Below are positions 12,197 through 25,327 of a stretch of 64,000 bases of DNA, in pieces. Below the pieces are notes generated by a model. That model was not told where the DNA came from. It made no database searches and saw nothing but the letters and a program-made list of their open reading frames with translations. Made by a program: the position numbers and the translations under genes. The number at the start of each line of letters is the position of its first letter. Positions within the stretch are counted from its first letter, which is position 1. Origin of the DNA: Octopus bimaculoides. Lineage: Eukaryota. The stretch lies in contig NC_068989.1 in assembly GCF_001194135.2 (NCBI RefSeq), forward strand, positions 2,080,900-2,144,899, written 5' to 3'.

Positions 12197-12665
12197 GGAA
12201 GTCGTAGAGACGATTAAAGTGCTCAAATGTGACATGATGAAATTTGGAGATGATGAAATTTGGCTTGGGATGTTAGAAGCCTTGAATAAACAAGGTATTC
12301 TCTGGCTGAAGAATGTATGCTAAGTGGCTTGAACCAATAGAAAGACACAAAACAAAGGCAATCAGGGGCGATGATCTATAGTTTTTGAAAAGGAGACAAG
12401 AGAAAGTGCCCTAATCATAGAGAAATCTCCTTGCTGATCGCCTTTACTAAAGTCTACAACAGATGTCTGGAAAAATGATGTAGGGAAACTGTCGACATCA
12501 AGCTTGGTGAAGGACAGTGTGGCGGCAGTCCTGGACACAGCTCAACCGACCAGGTATTTCCTCTTCTGTACGTCTTCTAGAAATCGTGGAAATATTGCCA
12601 GGAAATGTATGCTTACTTTGTAGACATGGAAAAGACACATGACTGCGTGCAACAGGACATGCTTT
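12197..12665 (+). pseudogene. Non-LTR retrotransposon reverse transcriptase N-terminal relic (RTE/CR1-like)
   Basis: Translation EVVETIKVLK..GDDEI..MLEALNKQGILWL..KGDKRKCPNHREISLL..STDQVF..VYAYFVDMEKTHD matches RT domains 0-3. Many stops and frameshifts. Confidence 0.85.
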
Positions 12666-13368
12666 GCTGCATGACTGAATTTGATTCAAAGACATCAAGT
12701 AATATAGGAATTATAGGACAAGTGAGTCATCCTTCGGTATGCTACTTATTATCTCTGTCTCCTTCCGGGATGTTTGGATTCCGTTGAGCCATATTCCTAA
12801 TAAATCAACCTTCTCCATTCTCCACTCACACCTATATGAACTATAGTTAGGGTACAAGGTATTGGTAAAACTGTTTCCTTTCCATTAAATTATAATCAAG
12901 ACATCGACTGAGATACATAAATGTCTTAATTAGCACAGAGCTATTTTCGTCATGATCTGAAAATCGTAATAATATGAACGATGTAAAGTGAAATGAGGTG
13001 AAGTGAGAAATGAGATAAAGTAAACGAAATAGGTGTTGGATTTCCTATGTCTCCTTTTAACATGAACTTAGCGGCCATTCCATGGCACCAACCCTCGCCA
13101 GCCATTTGACGGAGTGATTTTATTGTTGTACAAATTTGACGTTTATTGAGCAATAAAATCATCCAAATTGAATGTAATCAGTGAATAATTGCACCCCAGA
13201 CTGAATATGTTCATAAACGAGATTTGTTCATCTTTCTTTATAGATACTAAATGTTAATTGTTCCGTTGTAACTGAATTATGAGTGTTAAGTATTTATTAA
13301 CACAACGTATTCAAATAATTGGACTTGCAAACAGTTGAACGACAGAGCTAATAACTCCTAAATGTCTG

Positions 13369-13468
<100 letters not shown>

Positions 13469-13799
13469 TGGGTTGTCTACTAGGTCGGCTTGCTTTGTAG
13501 GTGCTATATTCCAATTGTGCCACTCCGTCACGTCACACTCATCGTCGCCATCGCTGTCGTTCGCGTCGTAAATAAACCTTTGCTGTTTGGAGTGATTCTA
13601 TTTCTGAAGTGGATTCGCTGATGACTGAATAACCCCAGATATAATACACAAATTATTCCACACTGGACACAAACTGTGGCCGCGAGAGTTTATAAATGAC
13701 CAGTGTAAGCAACGTATTATTTTTTTCCCCTTTGTATTCATCAACATGTTCAGTTCTCTCATTTTGAAAGTTCTTAATTTTTTTGACGAACTCATTTTA

Positions 13800-14240
13800 T
13801 CTACCTCAGATGTTTTGTCATCAGCCCTTTCCAACTGATGATGCAGGACTTGAGACTCTGTTTCAATAGCTCCTTGAAATGTCCCCCTTCATTCTTCCTT
13901 TCAACTGGCAACAAAAAATTCATTTTAGAAACCTGCTATAATTCGGACGATCTGATCAGCTCACCTAAACTATTGGAGGCAATTTTCTCAATGCTGGGAG
14001 TTTTTACTTCATTGCAGACACTGCTATTCCTTCAATAATTCTCCCGACTGATTTCAAGAATGTTTACTCCATAACGATGATAAAACCATTCTAATATTTT
14101 CAGTTTGCGATAGATTTTCTGTGCACCAAACCATAAAGAAAAGCTGAAAGATACAACCTTGTAGGCAACCATTTCAGTCTTTGAGAACTCGTGTCGCTAA
14201 ACAGTTAAAGCTTTCTCTAGTACAATGAAGCATGAATCAG
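13800..14240 (-). pseudogene. RTE-clade LINE post-RT relic
   Basis: Minus frame NEVKTPSIEKIASNSLGELIR...RKNEGGHFKELLKQSLKSCIISWKGL resembles the RTE C-terminal consensus (PSIE..LRWLGH...KR.GGQ.KRFKD.LK.SLK). Confidence 0.7.
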
Positions 14241-16316
14241 GTCATCGATGTCAACATAAGATAATATGGGGAGATTTGTCCCCATATTGAGGATAATTGT
14301 GAGAATCATTCTGTTCCGCTAAGAACAGAAATCATATTCTGACTCGTACACACACACGCGCACATATTTACAGATCCTCGGTCAGTTGCAATGATGAGCA
14401 TTAAGTTGGTTGATCCCTGAGCTATTCATGCATGAAATTAATATGTAAGACAATGAGTATTGCACAGACGTGTACATTTCATGTAATTCTCTTGCCAAAT
14501 CAAGAGAGACTCTGTGACGGAGCTGGCTCATTAAATTACGTTAAAATAGAGTTTGAGCATGTTATTGCATTTGTGGCTTGGCTCAAATATAGATATGATT
14601 ATTAATAGATGTTTTAAGCCACAGCAAAATACATGCCAGTTTTTAAATGGCTTTATTTCTATATCCAACATAATATATAACAAATTATATATATACACAC
14701 ATAACAAATACAGACGGACTTTTAACAATCAAACAATGTCTGTGTATAAAATAATTTTAGCGAATAGTTGGGATGCCTGCGAGATCCTCTTCTACAAACT
14801 GTTATGATAAGCTGTTCAATAATAAAATTTATTTTAAAATGGCTGTAAGAAAATAATCATTCAAGTACTATCTGAAGTGGACAGTAACCGTCAGCCATAT
14901 AATTTACTCGTGTAGTGGGTGGGAGCAATGAAAGATAGATAGATGCATAGATAGAGAGAAAGATAGATAGAGATAGAGAGAGAGAAAGAAAGAGAGAGAG
15001 AGACAGAGGGAGAGGGACAGATTGAGAGATAGAGACATGGCAAAGCAAGTAATTCGTTTTTAGAATTAGGATTTAACAGGGAAACGAATATATTTTCATA
15101 AGTTTTCTGAAAATGAATTTGAAGAACGGCGATTCATAATTTTCTTCCCGTTTTGTGAGAGATTTAGTTTTAAAAGAATAAATTTTCTATTTATGAACGT
15201 GGTGGTTTAATGGTTTTGATGACCGTCTTGGGAAATATATCTGTGTGTCTGTGTATATACATAATATGATGATGACGACGACGACGACGATGATGATGCT
15301 GGTGGTGGTGGTGGTAGTGTTAGCGATGATGATGATGATATACACTTAGTTGATCCACAGAGGCTTGTATATCCTTTCAGTCTGTAAGTATCGACTAGTT
15401 TTGATCCTGATACCTTTTCTTTTGTGGAATGTTTTACTTCTTATCGAATTTTGGCTTTTCTGATATATAAATCCTGTATTGAGTTCCTTTCTGTACTATT
15501 TGCAAAGCCATATACATACCCCCAGCGTATTTATGTGTTTCAGCATTTTCTGTATGCAGTATATCTCAAGTCCAGTTGTCCGTTTCTTGATTGCATTTAG
15601 TAATGAAATATCTCAATTAACTCAACTTTTCCTGCCAATGTTGTTGTACTTCGGTCGGCTGTAGAGCTCAGGCTGTACATAAACGGCCAGAGTTGAATAT
15701 CAAATGAAATAATTTTGATGACCCTTGGGATATCTTGTGTTGAGTCTTTTATATATCTTTTATCTGGTATATCGAATTCACACTGATATAAAATATACAT
15801 ACATACATATACATGTATATATGCATACACACACATTATGTGTTTGTATGTAATATATATTTGTATGTATGTATGTATGTATGTATGTATGTATAGATAC
15901 ATAAATATATATATATGTATATGTGTGTGTGTGTGTTTATATATATTTCTTGTTTAAGTATTAGAAACCGAACAGGCAACTCCCCACCCCACACCCAGTC
16001 ACCACATTCCGGCTTCCAATCGAGATTCCTCACGTCTCACACTAAAACGTTGTAAAGTGAAGGTGGTTGTAGGGGGTTTGGACTGGATATGCATTATGAA
16101 AAACATGCAAAAAGCGCAGTGTTTGCTAATGGACAATTAACGATTTACATTCATGTGACACTGTTTAGTGATTGTGAATCCATTTCTGTTTGGTCCATTG
16201 AGAAAATCGATGATGCCAGCTATCAAGAACCACGCGAACAATGTCGAAAGAGCTAATATTCTGATTCACACTTAACCACTATGCTAATTACGAGGAACAT
16301 CCTCCAACGGCAGCTA

Positions 16317-16487
<171 letters not shown>

Positions 16488-16695
16488 ATTCTTATCGTCA
16501 TCGTCGTCATCATCACCATCATAAGTATTTATGCGACTGCTTATCTTTGCTGTATGAGGCTCAAACGCCACGGAACTACATGCGATAACGTTGTTGACTA
16601 GCGTTATCGATACAACAACCGCACCACCACCACCACCACCACCACCACCACCACCACCACCACCACGGGGTGGAGCACTTGCAGAAAACTGCATT

Positions 16696-17176
16696 NNNNN
16701 NNNNNNNNNNNNNNNNNNNNNNNNNNNNNNNNNNNNNNNNNNNNNNNNNNNNNNNNNNNNNNNNNNNNNNNNNNNNNNNNNNNNNNNNNNNNNNNNNNNN
16801 NNNNNNNNNNNNNNNNNNNNNNNNNNNNNNNNNNNNNNNNNNNNNNNNNNNNNNNNNNNNNNNNNNNNNNNNNNNNNNNNNNNNNNNNNNNNNNNNNNNN
16901 NNNNNNNNNNNNNNNNNNNNNNNNNNNNNNNNNNNNNNNNNNNNNNNNNNNNNNNNNNNNNNNNNNNNNNNNNNNNNNNNNNNNNNNNNNNNNNNNNNNN
17001 NNNNNNNNNNNNNNNNNNNNNNNNNNNNNNNNNNNNNNNNNNNNNNNNNNNNNNNNNNNNNNNNNNNNNNNNNNNNNNNNNNNNNNNNNNNNNNNNNNNN
17101 NNNNNNNNNNNNNNNNNNNNNNNNNNNNNNNNNNNNNNNNNNNNNNNNNNNNNNNNNNNNNNNNNNNNNNNNNNNN
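16696..17176. other. Assembly gap (N run)
   Basis: Other gaps: 18997-19547, 20767-21191, 34801-34931, 40454-40966, 43142-43240, 43432-43697, 50995-51070, 60113-60363. Confidence 0.99.
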
Positions 17177-17539
17177 ATAGAAACCTTTCCAAACTGTTTG
17201 ATCTGCTGCCATTTTCTTTATCTGAACTCCTAATTCCAAACATTAATCAAATAATTCCTGAAATTCTTTGACTTGCCTGCAAACTTCGAGTTTTTTCCCA
17301 GTCTTCAAACATTTCTCACAACATTTTCGAAGGACTTATGTTGCTTGCGTTTATAGGATTCTTGTTGCGGCTCGTACTGTTTATACTGTTTGTATGTTTT
17401 CCCTTGTGTTTTGCGTGCGCTTTTCTCCTTTGAGAAGCTGTAAATATGTATGTTTGAGCTTCTTCCTGTTTGCTTTCCCTGACCTTTCAGAAGTTTTTGC
17501 CATTTTTGTCTGCTTTACTGTTTGAAAATACTTACGGGT

Positions 17540-17860
17540 TAATATGCTTACGATGTCGGAGGAATTGCTATCATTACAGTGAAGCCATTTTGAACAACAT
17601 ATATCAATACAAATATCCACACGATAAAAACCATCTTTCGGCGAACACTTTCCCATCCCGTTATCCCCTTTACCTTTTTATTAAAACATTAGGTTTTCGA
17701 AACTTTTATCAGATTTCTGTCACCGCTTGACCAGACGAAATGCTGCTGCCTGAGGTCATCCACAAGAGTAAAATATATGAGAGAACAGCTTCTTAAAAGG
17801 TTGTGGAACAAACATCTTATATGTTCTCTTTCTATTGAAGACATTACTAAGTCCTGTATT
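17540..17860 (-). pseudogene. Possible piggyBac-like transposase C-terminal relic
   Basis: Fragments KRTYKMFVPQP and CIDICCSKWLH / VVQNG weakly resemble piggyBac V.QP...YN and CID.A.QNAW motifs. Confidence 0.3.
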
Positions 17861-18169
17861 TTTATTTTAAGGTTGTTACTTCTTTTCCAGAAATGTTGAT
17901 GAAGGTCTCTTTAATCATTCCGCGTAATCTTTGAAACCTACTGGTTTCATTGTGCCCAACCACATGTGAAATGTTCAGTAGTCGACCTGCGTTAATTGCC
18001 TGCACGTATTACTACTGCCAGCGTTATTCTTTTAAGCGCATATATTGATTAGGAAGAAAACTCATCAAAGTATCAACATTAGGCTTCGTCTGAAATAAAT
18101 CTCGTTAGATTTGTACAGTTTCTTCTGAAACGATAAAGAATCCCGGCAACACTGATCCGACGAGAGAGT

Positions 18170-18271
18170 AGAATGTGTGTGCGTGTGTGTGTGTGTGTAA
18201 GTGTGTGTGTACATATGTATATACATATATATTCTCACACACACGTATATATATGTATATAAACATATATA

Positions 18272-18330
<59 letters not shown>

Positions 18331-18434
18331 ATACATATATATATATATATAAACATACATATACAAACACACACACATACAGGCACAAACACACATACAG
18401 GCATACTTGTGTTGTGCGTGTGTTTAGGTGTGTG

Positions 18435-18531
<97 letters not shown>
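18170..18531. repeat. Compound (TG)/(TA)/(CA) microsatellite
   Basis: Direct reading. Confidence 0.95.
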
Positions 18532-18533
<2 letters not shown>

Positions 18534-18964
18534 CTGAGGGCTCAGCTGTGCTTCTCTTTGATCATTTTATTAGATATTTTTCACCTTTTCTTATTAGTCC
18601 TTTATGCTTAATTAGGGCAATAAAGTTCCTCGGTCGAAAGCGTTTGCAAATCTTGGCATTATCCGCTCTCTATGAAGTAGATGTTTGTAATAGTGTTTGG
18701 CATTAGCTTTTTTCTTGTTAGCAAGCATCAAGGAATAGATGTTATTGATGATATCGCACTCAATGGGTTTCAAATTCCAACGATTAACTCTGAATTACTT
18801 CAAACAATCAGCAACGGTTCTCACTTTATCATCCGTGCGTACAATTTTACTTCTATTTTCCTTTCAATAAGGCCCGGAATTCGTTTGATGATGACCGACA
18901 TATAGCTTCCTGCTTCTCTGTTTAGTTTTGCGGTGCAGCTACAACACATTATGCCACAGAACCA

Positions 18965-18996
<32 letters not shown>

Positions 18997-19547
18997 NNNN
19001 NNNNNNNNNNNNNNNNNNNNNNNNNNNNNNNNNNNNNNNNNNNNNNNNNNNNNNNNNNNNNNNNNNNNNNNNNNNNNNNNNNNNNNNNNNNNNNNNNNNN
19101 NNNNNNNNNNNNNNNNNNNNNNNNNNNNNNNNNNNNNNNNNNNNNNNNNNNNNNNNNNNNNNNNNNNNNNNNNNNNNNNNNNNNNNNNNNNNNNNNNNNN
19201 NNNNNNNNNNNNNNNNNNNNNNNNNNNNNNNNNNNNNNNNNNNNNNNNNNNNNNNNNNNNNNNNNNNNNNNNNNNNNNNNNNNNNNNNNNNNNNNNNNNN
19301 NNNNNNNNNNNNNNNNNNNNNNNNNNNNNNNNNNNNNNNNNNNNNNNNNNNNNNNNNNNNNNNNNNNNNNNNNNNNNNNNNNNNNNNNNNNNNNNNNNNN
19401 NNNNNNNNNNNNNNNNNNNNNNNNNNNNNNNNNNNNNNNNNNNNNNNNNNNNNNNNNNNNNNNNNNNNNNNNNNNNNNNNNNNNNNNNNNNNNNNNNNNN
19501 NNNNNNNNNNNNNNNNNNNNNNNNNNNNNNNNNNNNNNNNNNNNNNN

Positions 19548-19608
<61 letters not shown>

Positions 19609-19732
19609 AAAATGATGGATATACTGAAAAAATTAGATGAATAGATATATGGCTAAGCCCCTCTCTCTCTTTCCAGTTTTCTTTTTACTCTCTCTTCATT
19701 CTTTCTCTCTTACTCACTCTGTCTCACAAGTA

Positions 19733-19765
<33 letters not shown>

Positions 19766-21191
19766 GAAAACGACGACAACAACATCATCACCGAGAGTAT
19801 CCACGTAAACATGTTTCAAATAGAATATATTTGTTTATTTATATGCTTGTCCTAACATTTACTTTCAAATCTCTCGGACAAAGGTTTCTCTTCATGTAAC
19901 TCATTTACATATTTTTGTACACCTCAGTGAAAGGGCTTTCTCAAGCAACAAATGCCTCATTGATAAAACGATACGGAATCCCAAGCAATGTGCACACGCA
20001 TGAACACTAATTCAAAGACCAGAGTCAAAGCTACAACTAAGAAGTGGACACTGTGAAATTAGAAGTAAGCAAACCATAAATGTCAGGATTCTTTTATATC
20101 AAAGATATAATTATTTCACAGAAATCTTAACATTCTATCGAATGGAAGATTGGCTTTTTATCAAATGTGTTATTGTATCTTATCAAATTTGCTTCAAGTT
20201 ATGGGAGAATATACGTGCACACACAGGCGCGCGCGTACTCCAACGTTTACACGCATGCATGCATGTGTTTACGTATGTATGTATATATGTATGCATGTGT
20301 ATATATGTATATATGTGTATATATAGGCATGTGTGTGCGCTTTCGTATACATATACATGGATAGATGGACAGATTGAGAGATAAATAGAAGGAATATATA
20401 TGTGGATGCATATCTACAGAAGAGCCGGAAAAATTTCCCATACTGCCAAGCAAAGCGTGCGATCTCAGTCACTGGGTTATACGCATGCATATATATCTGT
20501 ACATGTTTGTTGTATGTCTAACGTTCATACACACACACATATACATACACACACGCTCACACACACACGCACACAGACGCATACACACGCACACACACGC
20601 ACACACACACACACATCAAGAGGAATTCAAATATTCACTTTGTTGAATATATAAGCAGTAAGGTTACGACTTTTTGATCCGTGGCAAGATACGTGAATAT
20701 ATAATTAGGAGAAACCATCCTCATCATTGTTTACATGAATATGTTGTGTGTGTATATATATATATANNNNNNNNNNNNNNNNNNNNNNNNNNNNNNNNNN
20801 NNNNNNNNNNNNNNNNNNNNNNNNNNNNNNNNNNNNNNNNNNNNNNNNNNNNNNNNNNNNNNNNNNNNNNNNNNNNNNNNNNNNNNNNNNNNNNNNNNNN
20901 NNNNNNNNNNNNNNNNNNNNNNNNNNNNNNNNNNNNNNNNNNNNNNNNNNNNNNNNNNNNNNNNNNNNNNNNNNNNNNNNNNNNNNNNNNNNNNNNNNNN
21001 NNNNNNNNNNNNNNNNNNNNNNNNNNNNNNNNNNNNNNNNNNNNNNNNNNNNNNNNNNNNNNNNNNNNNNNNNNNNNNNNNNNNNNNNNNNNNNNNNNNN
21101 NNNNNNNNNNNNNNNNNNNNNNNNNNNNNNNNNNNNNNNNNNNNNNNNNNNNNNNNNNNNNNNNNNNNNNNNNNNNNNNNNNNNNNNNNNN

Positions 21192-21222
<31 letters not shown>

Positions 21223-21322
21223 ATATATATATATATACATTTATATACGTATGTGTGTTCAGCCATGTAACCACTCCAGTGCTTTTCTGGGACTTTTCCG
21301 TCTCCGGTCCCTTCCCCTCTCT

Positions 21323-21360
21323 CCCTTCTGACGAAGAGCCATGCTCGAAACGTAAAAAAA
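21323..21360 (+). ncRNA. Minimal type I hammerhead ribozyme motif (Penelope-type)
   Basis: CTGACGA (21328-34), A, stem II GAGC/GCTC with CAT loop, GAAA (21347-50), palindromic ACGT stem III, UA site. Stem I is only TT/AA. Confidence 0.55.
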
Positions 21361-21922
21361 AACTGAGCGTCAGTTTAATATAGTTCATGTGTGAGTCTAT
21401 TCGCCTTTTGCTGTCTTGTTATTTTTTATTGTCGATTTGCCTATATACATATATATGTGTATATATGTATTTATTTGTATATCTATATATATGTATATAT
21501 CGTGTTATTATGAGAAGAGACGTATGTTAACAGAACTACCGACAGGAGTCGAACACAAGACACTCCAAATCCTAGTTATAATATCCATGTAAAATGGAGT
21601 AAGGACTGGTTAGCTTGTAGTGGCACAGAATCGTAAAATGTATTATAAGGGACTCAAACCAAGTCGTGATATTTTGAATACATCTAATACGGTCCTATCA
21701 AATAATTGTGCTATAGATAAAAAGGGGAATTTCATCTCTTACGCAAAATCCTCCTTAGTTAAGACATATAAAAGTATGAGAAAATTGATGGAATTCGTCC
21801 GTTATATATTTGGTCGGGGCTACTAAAAATTTAAATAAAATAAAATATCAATCGACTAAAAGAATTTTTTCTCACTCCCTTCAAAAATATGCCAAAAAGT
21901 TCATTTCATAAAAACCAAGATA

Positions 21923-22111
21923 TGTTGGAGTCCAGGGGCGTAAGAGAGCGTGAACAATTAATTATTAAAATTCCTGTTCATCCTGATGAGGGGGTCATTG
22001 CCGATATGCACCTAACTCATAATTCGAACCGCGGCAGTGAACTCCCGAAATGGCTATAGATGTCGTTTGACTTGATTTTGTGGAACTCTCTTACGCTCCT
22101 GGACTCCAACA
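21923..22111 (+). mobile_element. 189-bp element with 26-bp TIRs, flanked by TA, containing a hammerhead ribozyme
   Basis: TGTTGGAGTCCAGGGGCGTAAGAGAG (21923-48) is the reverse complement of 22086-22111 with 1 mismatch. TA at 21921-22 and 22112-13. Confidence 0.8.
21979..22062 (+). ncRNA. Type I hammerhead ribozyme with long stem II
   Basis: Stem I CATC/GATG; CTGATGA 21983-89; stem II 21990-22003 pairs with 22032-22046 (14 bp, 1 bulge); GAAA 22047-50; short stem III TGGCTA; predicted cleavage after UA at 22058. Confidence 0.75.

Positions 22112-22112
<1 letters not shown>

Positions 22113-22166
<54 letters not shown>
22113..22166. repeat. (TATC)n microsatellite
   Basis: Direct reading. Confidence 0.97.
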
Positions 22167-22167
<1 letters not shown>

Positions 22168-22295
22168 CCCGAGAACTACGTTAAGGGTACACGTGTCTGT
22201 GGAGTGCTCAGCCACTTTCACGTTAATTTCACGAGCAGGCTGTTCCGTTGATCGGATCAACTGGATCCCTCGTTGTCGTAACCGACAGAGTGCCA
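22167..22295 (+). mobile_element. 3' tail of SINE family B/C
   Basis: GAGAACTACGTTAAGGGTACACGTGTCTGTGGAG...GATCGGATCAACTGG...CCGACAGAGTGCCA is nearly identical to 35860-35987. Confidence 0.93.
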
Positions 22296-22883
22296 TGATA
22301 ACGTGTATAAAGATTTTAAACCATTATTTAATGAATCAACAATGTTGAACAAGAAAAATCAAGAAGATTTCCCGGGTGAACATTTTATACTTTATGTGTA
22401 CTTTTAATTTGCTTATTTTTATTCTCCTTTTTTGCACCAATTCTAATGAGTATCCGTATAAATAAAAGTTCTAAATAGTTTAGGTATCATACCTAAGGGA
22501 AGTGGGTCTTTTTTTTTTTGATTATATATTGAATGAAAGAAGCGCACGTGAAAGGTTTTTCAAATAATCGCTTCACGAAACGACAAAATCGATGGAATTC
22601 AGGAAGAAAAGCTACGGAAAGAGAAAGGAAGACAAAAAAAGAATAAAGTTCAAGAGAAATTACGTCTGTGAGAATTGCAAATTTGCGAGACAGGAAACAG
22701 AAATTATGGCAAGAAAATGAATATAAACGCTAAGCCAAGGGAAGAGACGAGATTTTAAGAAACATATATATGAAATGATGTAATGTATCACAAAGAGAAT
22801 TCTGGGAAGGAGAAGAAAAGAAAGAGAAAGAGTTGTGCAAAGAGGAAATCTTTCACAAAAAGCAATAAAAGAAAGACAAGGAC

Positions 22884-22963
<80 letters not shown>

Positions 22964-23169
22964 GGAGAGAGAGAGATTTTCAGGAATAGCAGAAGTAATC
23001 CAGGGAAGAAGAATGCATAAGATAAGAATTATAGAAAAGAGCAAAAAGTTGAAATTTCAGAATGGAGAAGGAATGGAGAAGAGAAAAGGCAAATGATGGA
23101 GCGACTCCACAGTGCTGACATTGCTGAGAATATGAGACAAGTAAGGGCAAGGTCCATATTTTTCACAGC

Positions 23170-24530
23170 GAACCACTTAATATACAGCATCGTCGAGATT
23201 CACGCTTATTGTGACGCAATGAATGACATCTGTTTGCTCTGTACTTCACTGACATATTTATCACAAGAATATCTCAACATAAAAGCGAAACTAATGTCAC
23301 AGGCATCTTTATTCAAGTGTTCCCAGATGACAGGGAGGAAGAAAATGAAAGAAAGATCGACAGGGAAAGGATAAGTGTTTTCAGAATCACTGCGAGGTTA
23401 ATAACGTAAAAGTCGATAAAAATTTCTTGTGAAGAAAAGTAAATTGTTTGCCATGATTTTTTTTAGTTCATTAAACTTTTTACCAAAACGTCGCACTGAT
23501 GGAAAATTTAACAACTGTTGTCATCATAGGGATAAAATTCTGTATTAATATTAGCAGGAATTCCTTGAATATTTGCAAGATTTAATGAATAATCTAGAGC
23601 ATATTATACACTATCGAAACTTCAAAGATAACATAAGACCGTATAATCTGTTACCTTTGCAACCAAGAGCAAACTAGACTTGCTAATTATTATTTCAGAG
23701 TGCTTGGTTAAGTATATCAATGAGCGTTTAATAAACATCGAAATGACAATGGATTTCAGAGATAGAAACGACATTGGAATAAATAACAGATATAGTCGAG
23801 GCTGTTCAAATGAAATTATTCGAAATATTGATAATTTCATAGGAGAAAATCTAAACACAAAAATGTATAACACATTAAATGAAATCTAGTGCGAGGAAGA
23901 AGATTTCACTGGAAGATAAGTATTTATCTATCGTAATTATAGTATTCAGAAGAGATGGGAATGCAGACAGTAACACAACTTAACAGTTGGAGATGTAGTC
24001 ATGTTATTTACGACAAAAACTGGAGTCACCATTCGAAAGAAAATTTCTAGCGATGAAAGTAGCCCTAGGATAAATTCAAATATACTTAGTCCAAACTTAG
24101 ATACAATAACGTATACATTAGTATACCTATTTGGAAAGTCTGGATGACAGCCAAATTATATAAATAAACATTGAAGGAAATAAACACCTTCAACGTAACA
24201 AAATTACTATGCTACAACATAAGGCAGTATAGAGCGCAGGATTGCAGCATTTCAATTCTTTTTGGTGTAAAACTTTTCTTTGGATTCTTACATCCAAGTT
24301 GATAACTTGACTTATATAAGTTCAAAGCAACGGAAACGTAATGGTGAGCAGTAAAAAGTATTTTCTGATCGCTGAGCTAATCTAGCCAAAAATATTGGTG
24401 CATAAGTGAAACAAACCTGTAAATAATGTTTTTTCAAGGTTCTCATGAAAGTGCAGCACCACGAGTCTACGACTATGATGGAAAAATATGAAATAGAATC
24501 ATGCATAACATCTCTTACGAACACCCTGTG
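23170..24530 (+). pseudogene. Decayed Helitron Rep-helicase fragment
   Basis: Colinear motifs: HAYCDAMNDICLLC and DGKFNNCCHH (Zn finger), RGCSNEIIRNID, NLTVGDVVMLF, and LSPNLDTITYTLVYLFGKSG*QP (cf. Helitron-like N-terminal D.L.YPLLFP.GE.GW.P). Confidence 0.75.
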
Positions 24531-24883
24531 TTAAAAACCAATAATCTGAGAGGAAGACGAAAATTCGCTGCAGCAGTGGTCAGCAAGAACGCCTTTTCGA
24601 TGGCTCGTTCTTGCACTCCAACCACATGTTTGGGTGAGAATTCGTCGCTTCTCGTATAGCTAAAAGTGAATAAAACATCCACAGAGATTGTGAATTTAAT
24701 AAAAAAGTAATAATTGAGGGGATAAGTATAATAAAGGCGACCATCTTATCAGCGTTTCGTATAGGGACCTTGCTAGTGTAGTATTCTCATTAGAAGGAAG
24801 ATCAATTAATGATAAAAAGGAGTACTTTGAGGGTCCAACGTATGATCTTTTACGCATGTTATAAGCCTTCCAAATTGAATAAT

Positions 24884-25203
24884 GCCTATAAGACGCACCT
24901 TTTTTTTTTTTTTTACCCCAAAATGGCTTAACCTACCCTGCGTCCAATGCACTCTATGTAGGCTCAGAACTCGTTCAAAACGGTATGTTCACAAAACGTG
25001 TGCCGCCATCTGTTGGTGAACAGTATGTTTATAGTGAATGTGGATGCAATAAATTACTTTAATTACCGATGATAACATAAAGTGATACAGGTAAGTGGAG
25101 GAATTAAAACATTATTTTAGTGGTAATTTATTTTACAAAAGTATAGCCTAGGATAGGGTACGTACTACGCACTCATCCGTCTTATAGGCCATCAAATACG
25201 GTA
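24884..25203. mobile_element. Non-autonomous Tc1/pogo-type MITE remnant
   Basis: GCCTATAAGACG (24884-95) is inverted at 25178-89. The right end reads TA-CCGTATTTGATGGCCTATAAGACG on the minus strand. The left terminus is decayed. Confidence 0.55.
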
Positions 25204-25235
25204 CTTACATAAGAGTGAGAAAGAAAATGAAAGGG

Positions 25236-25239
<4 letters not shown>

Positions 25240-25322
<83 letters not shown>
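25240..25322. repeat. (GA)n microsatellite
   Basis: Direct reading. Confidence 0.97.

Positions 25323-25327
<5 letters not shown>

Noticed and set aside
12150-12200. Minus-strand CTGAAGA...GAAA..TC hammerhead-like match
   Set aside because: Stem II does not close next to GAAA and stem I cannot form.
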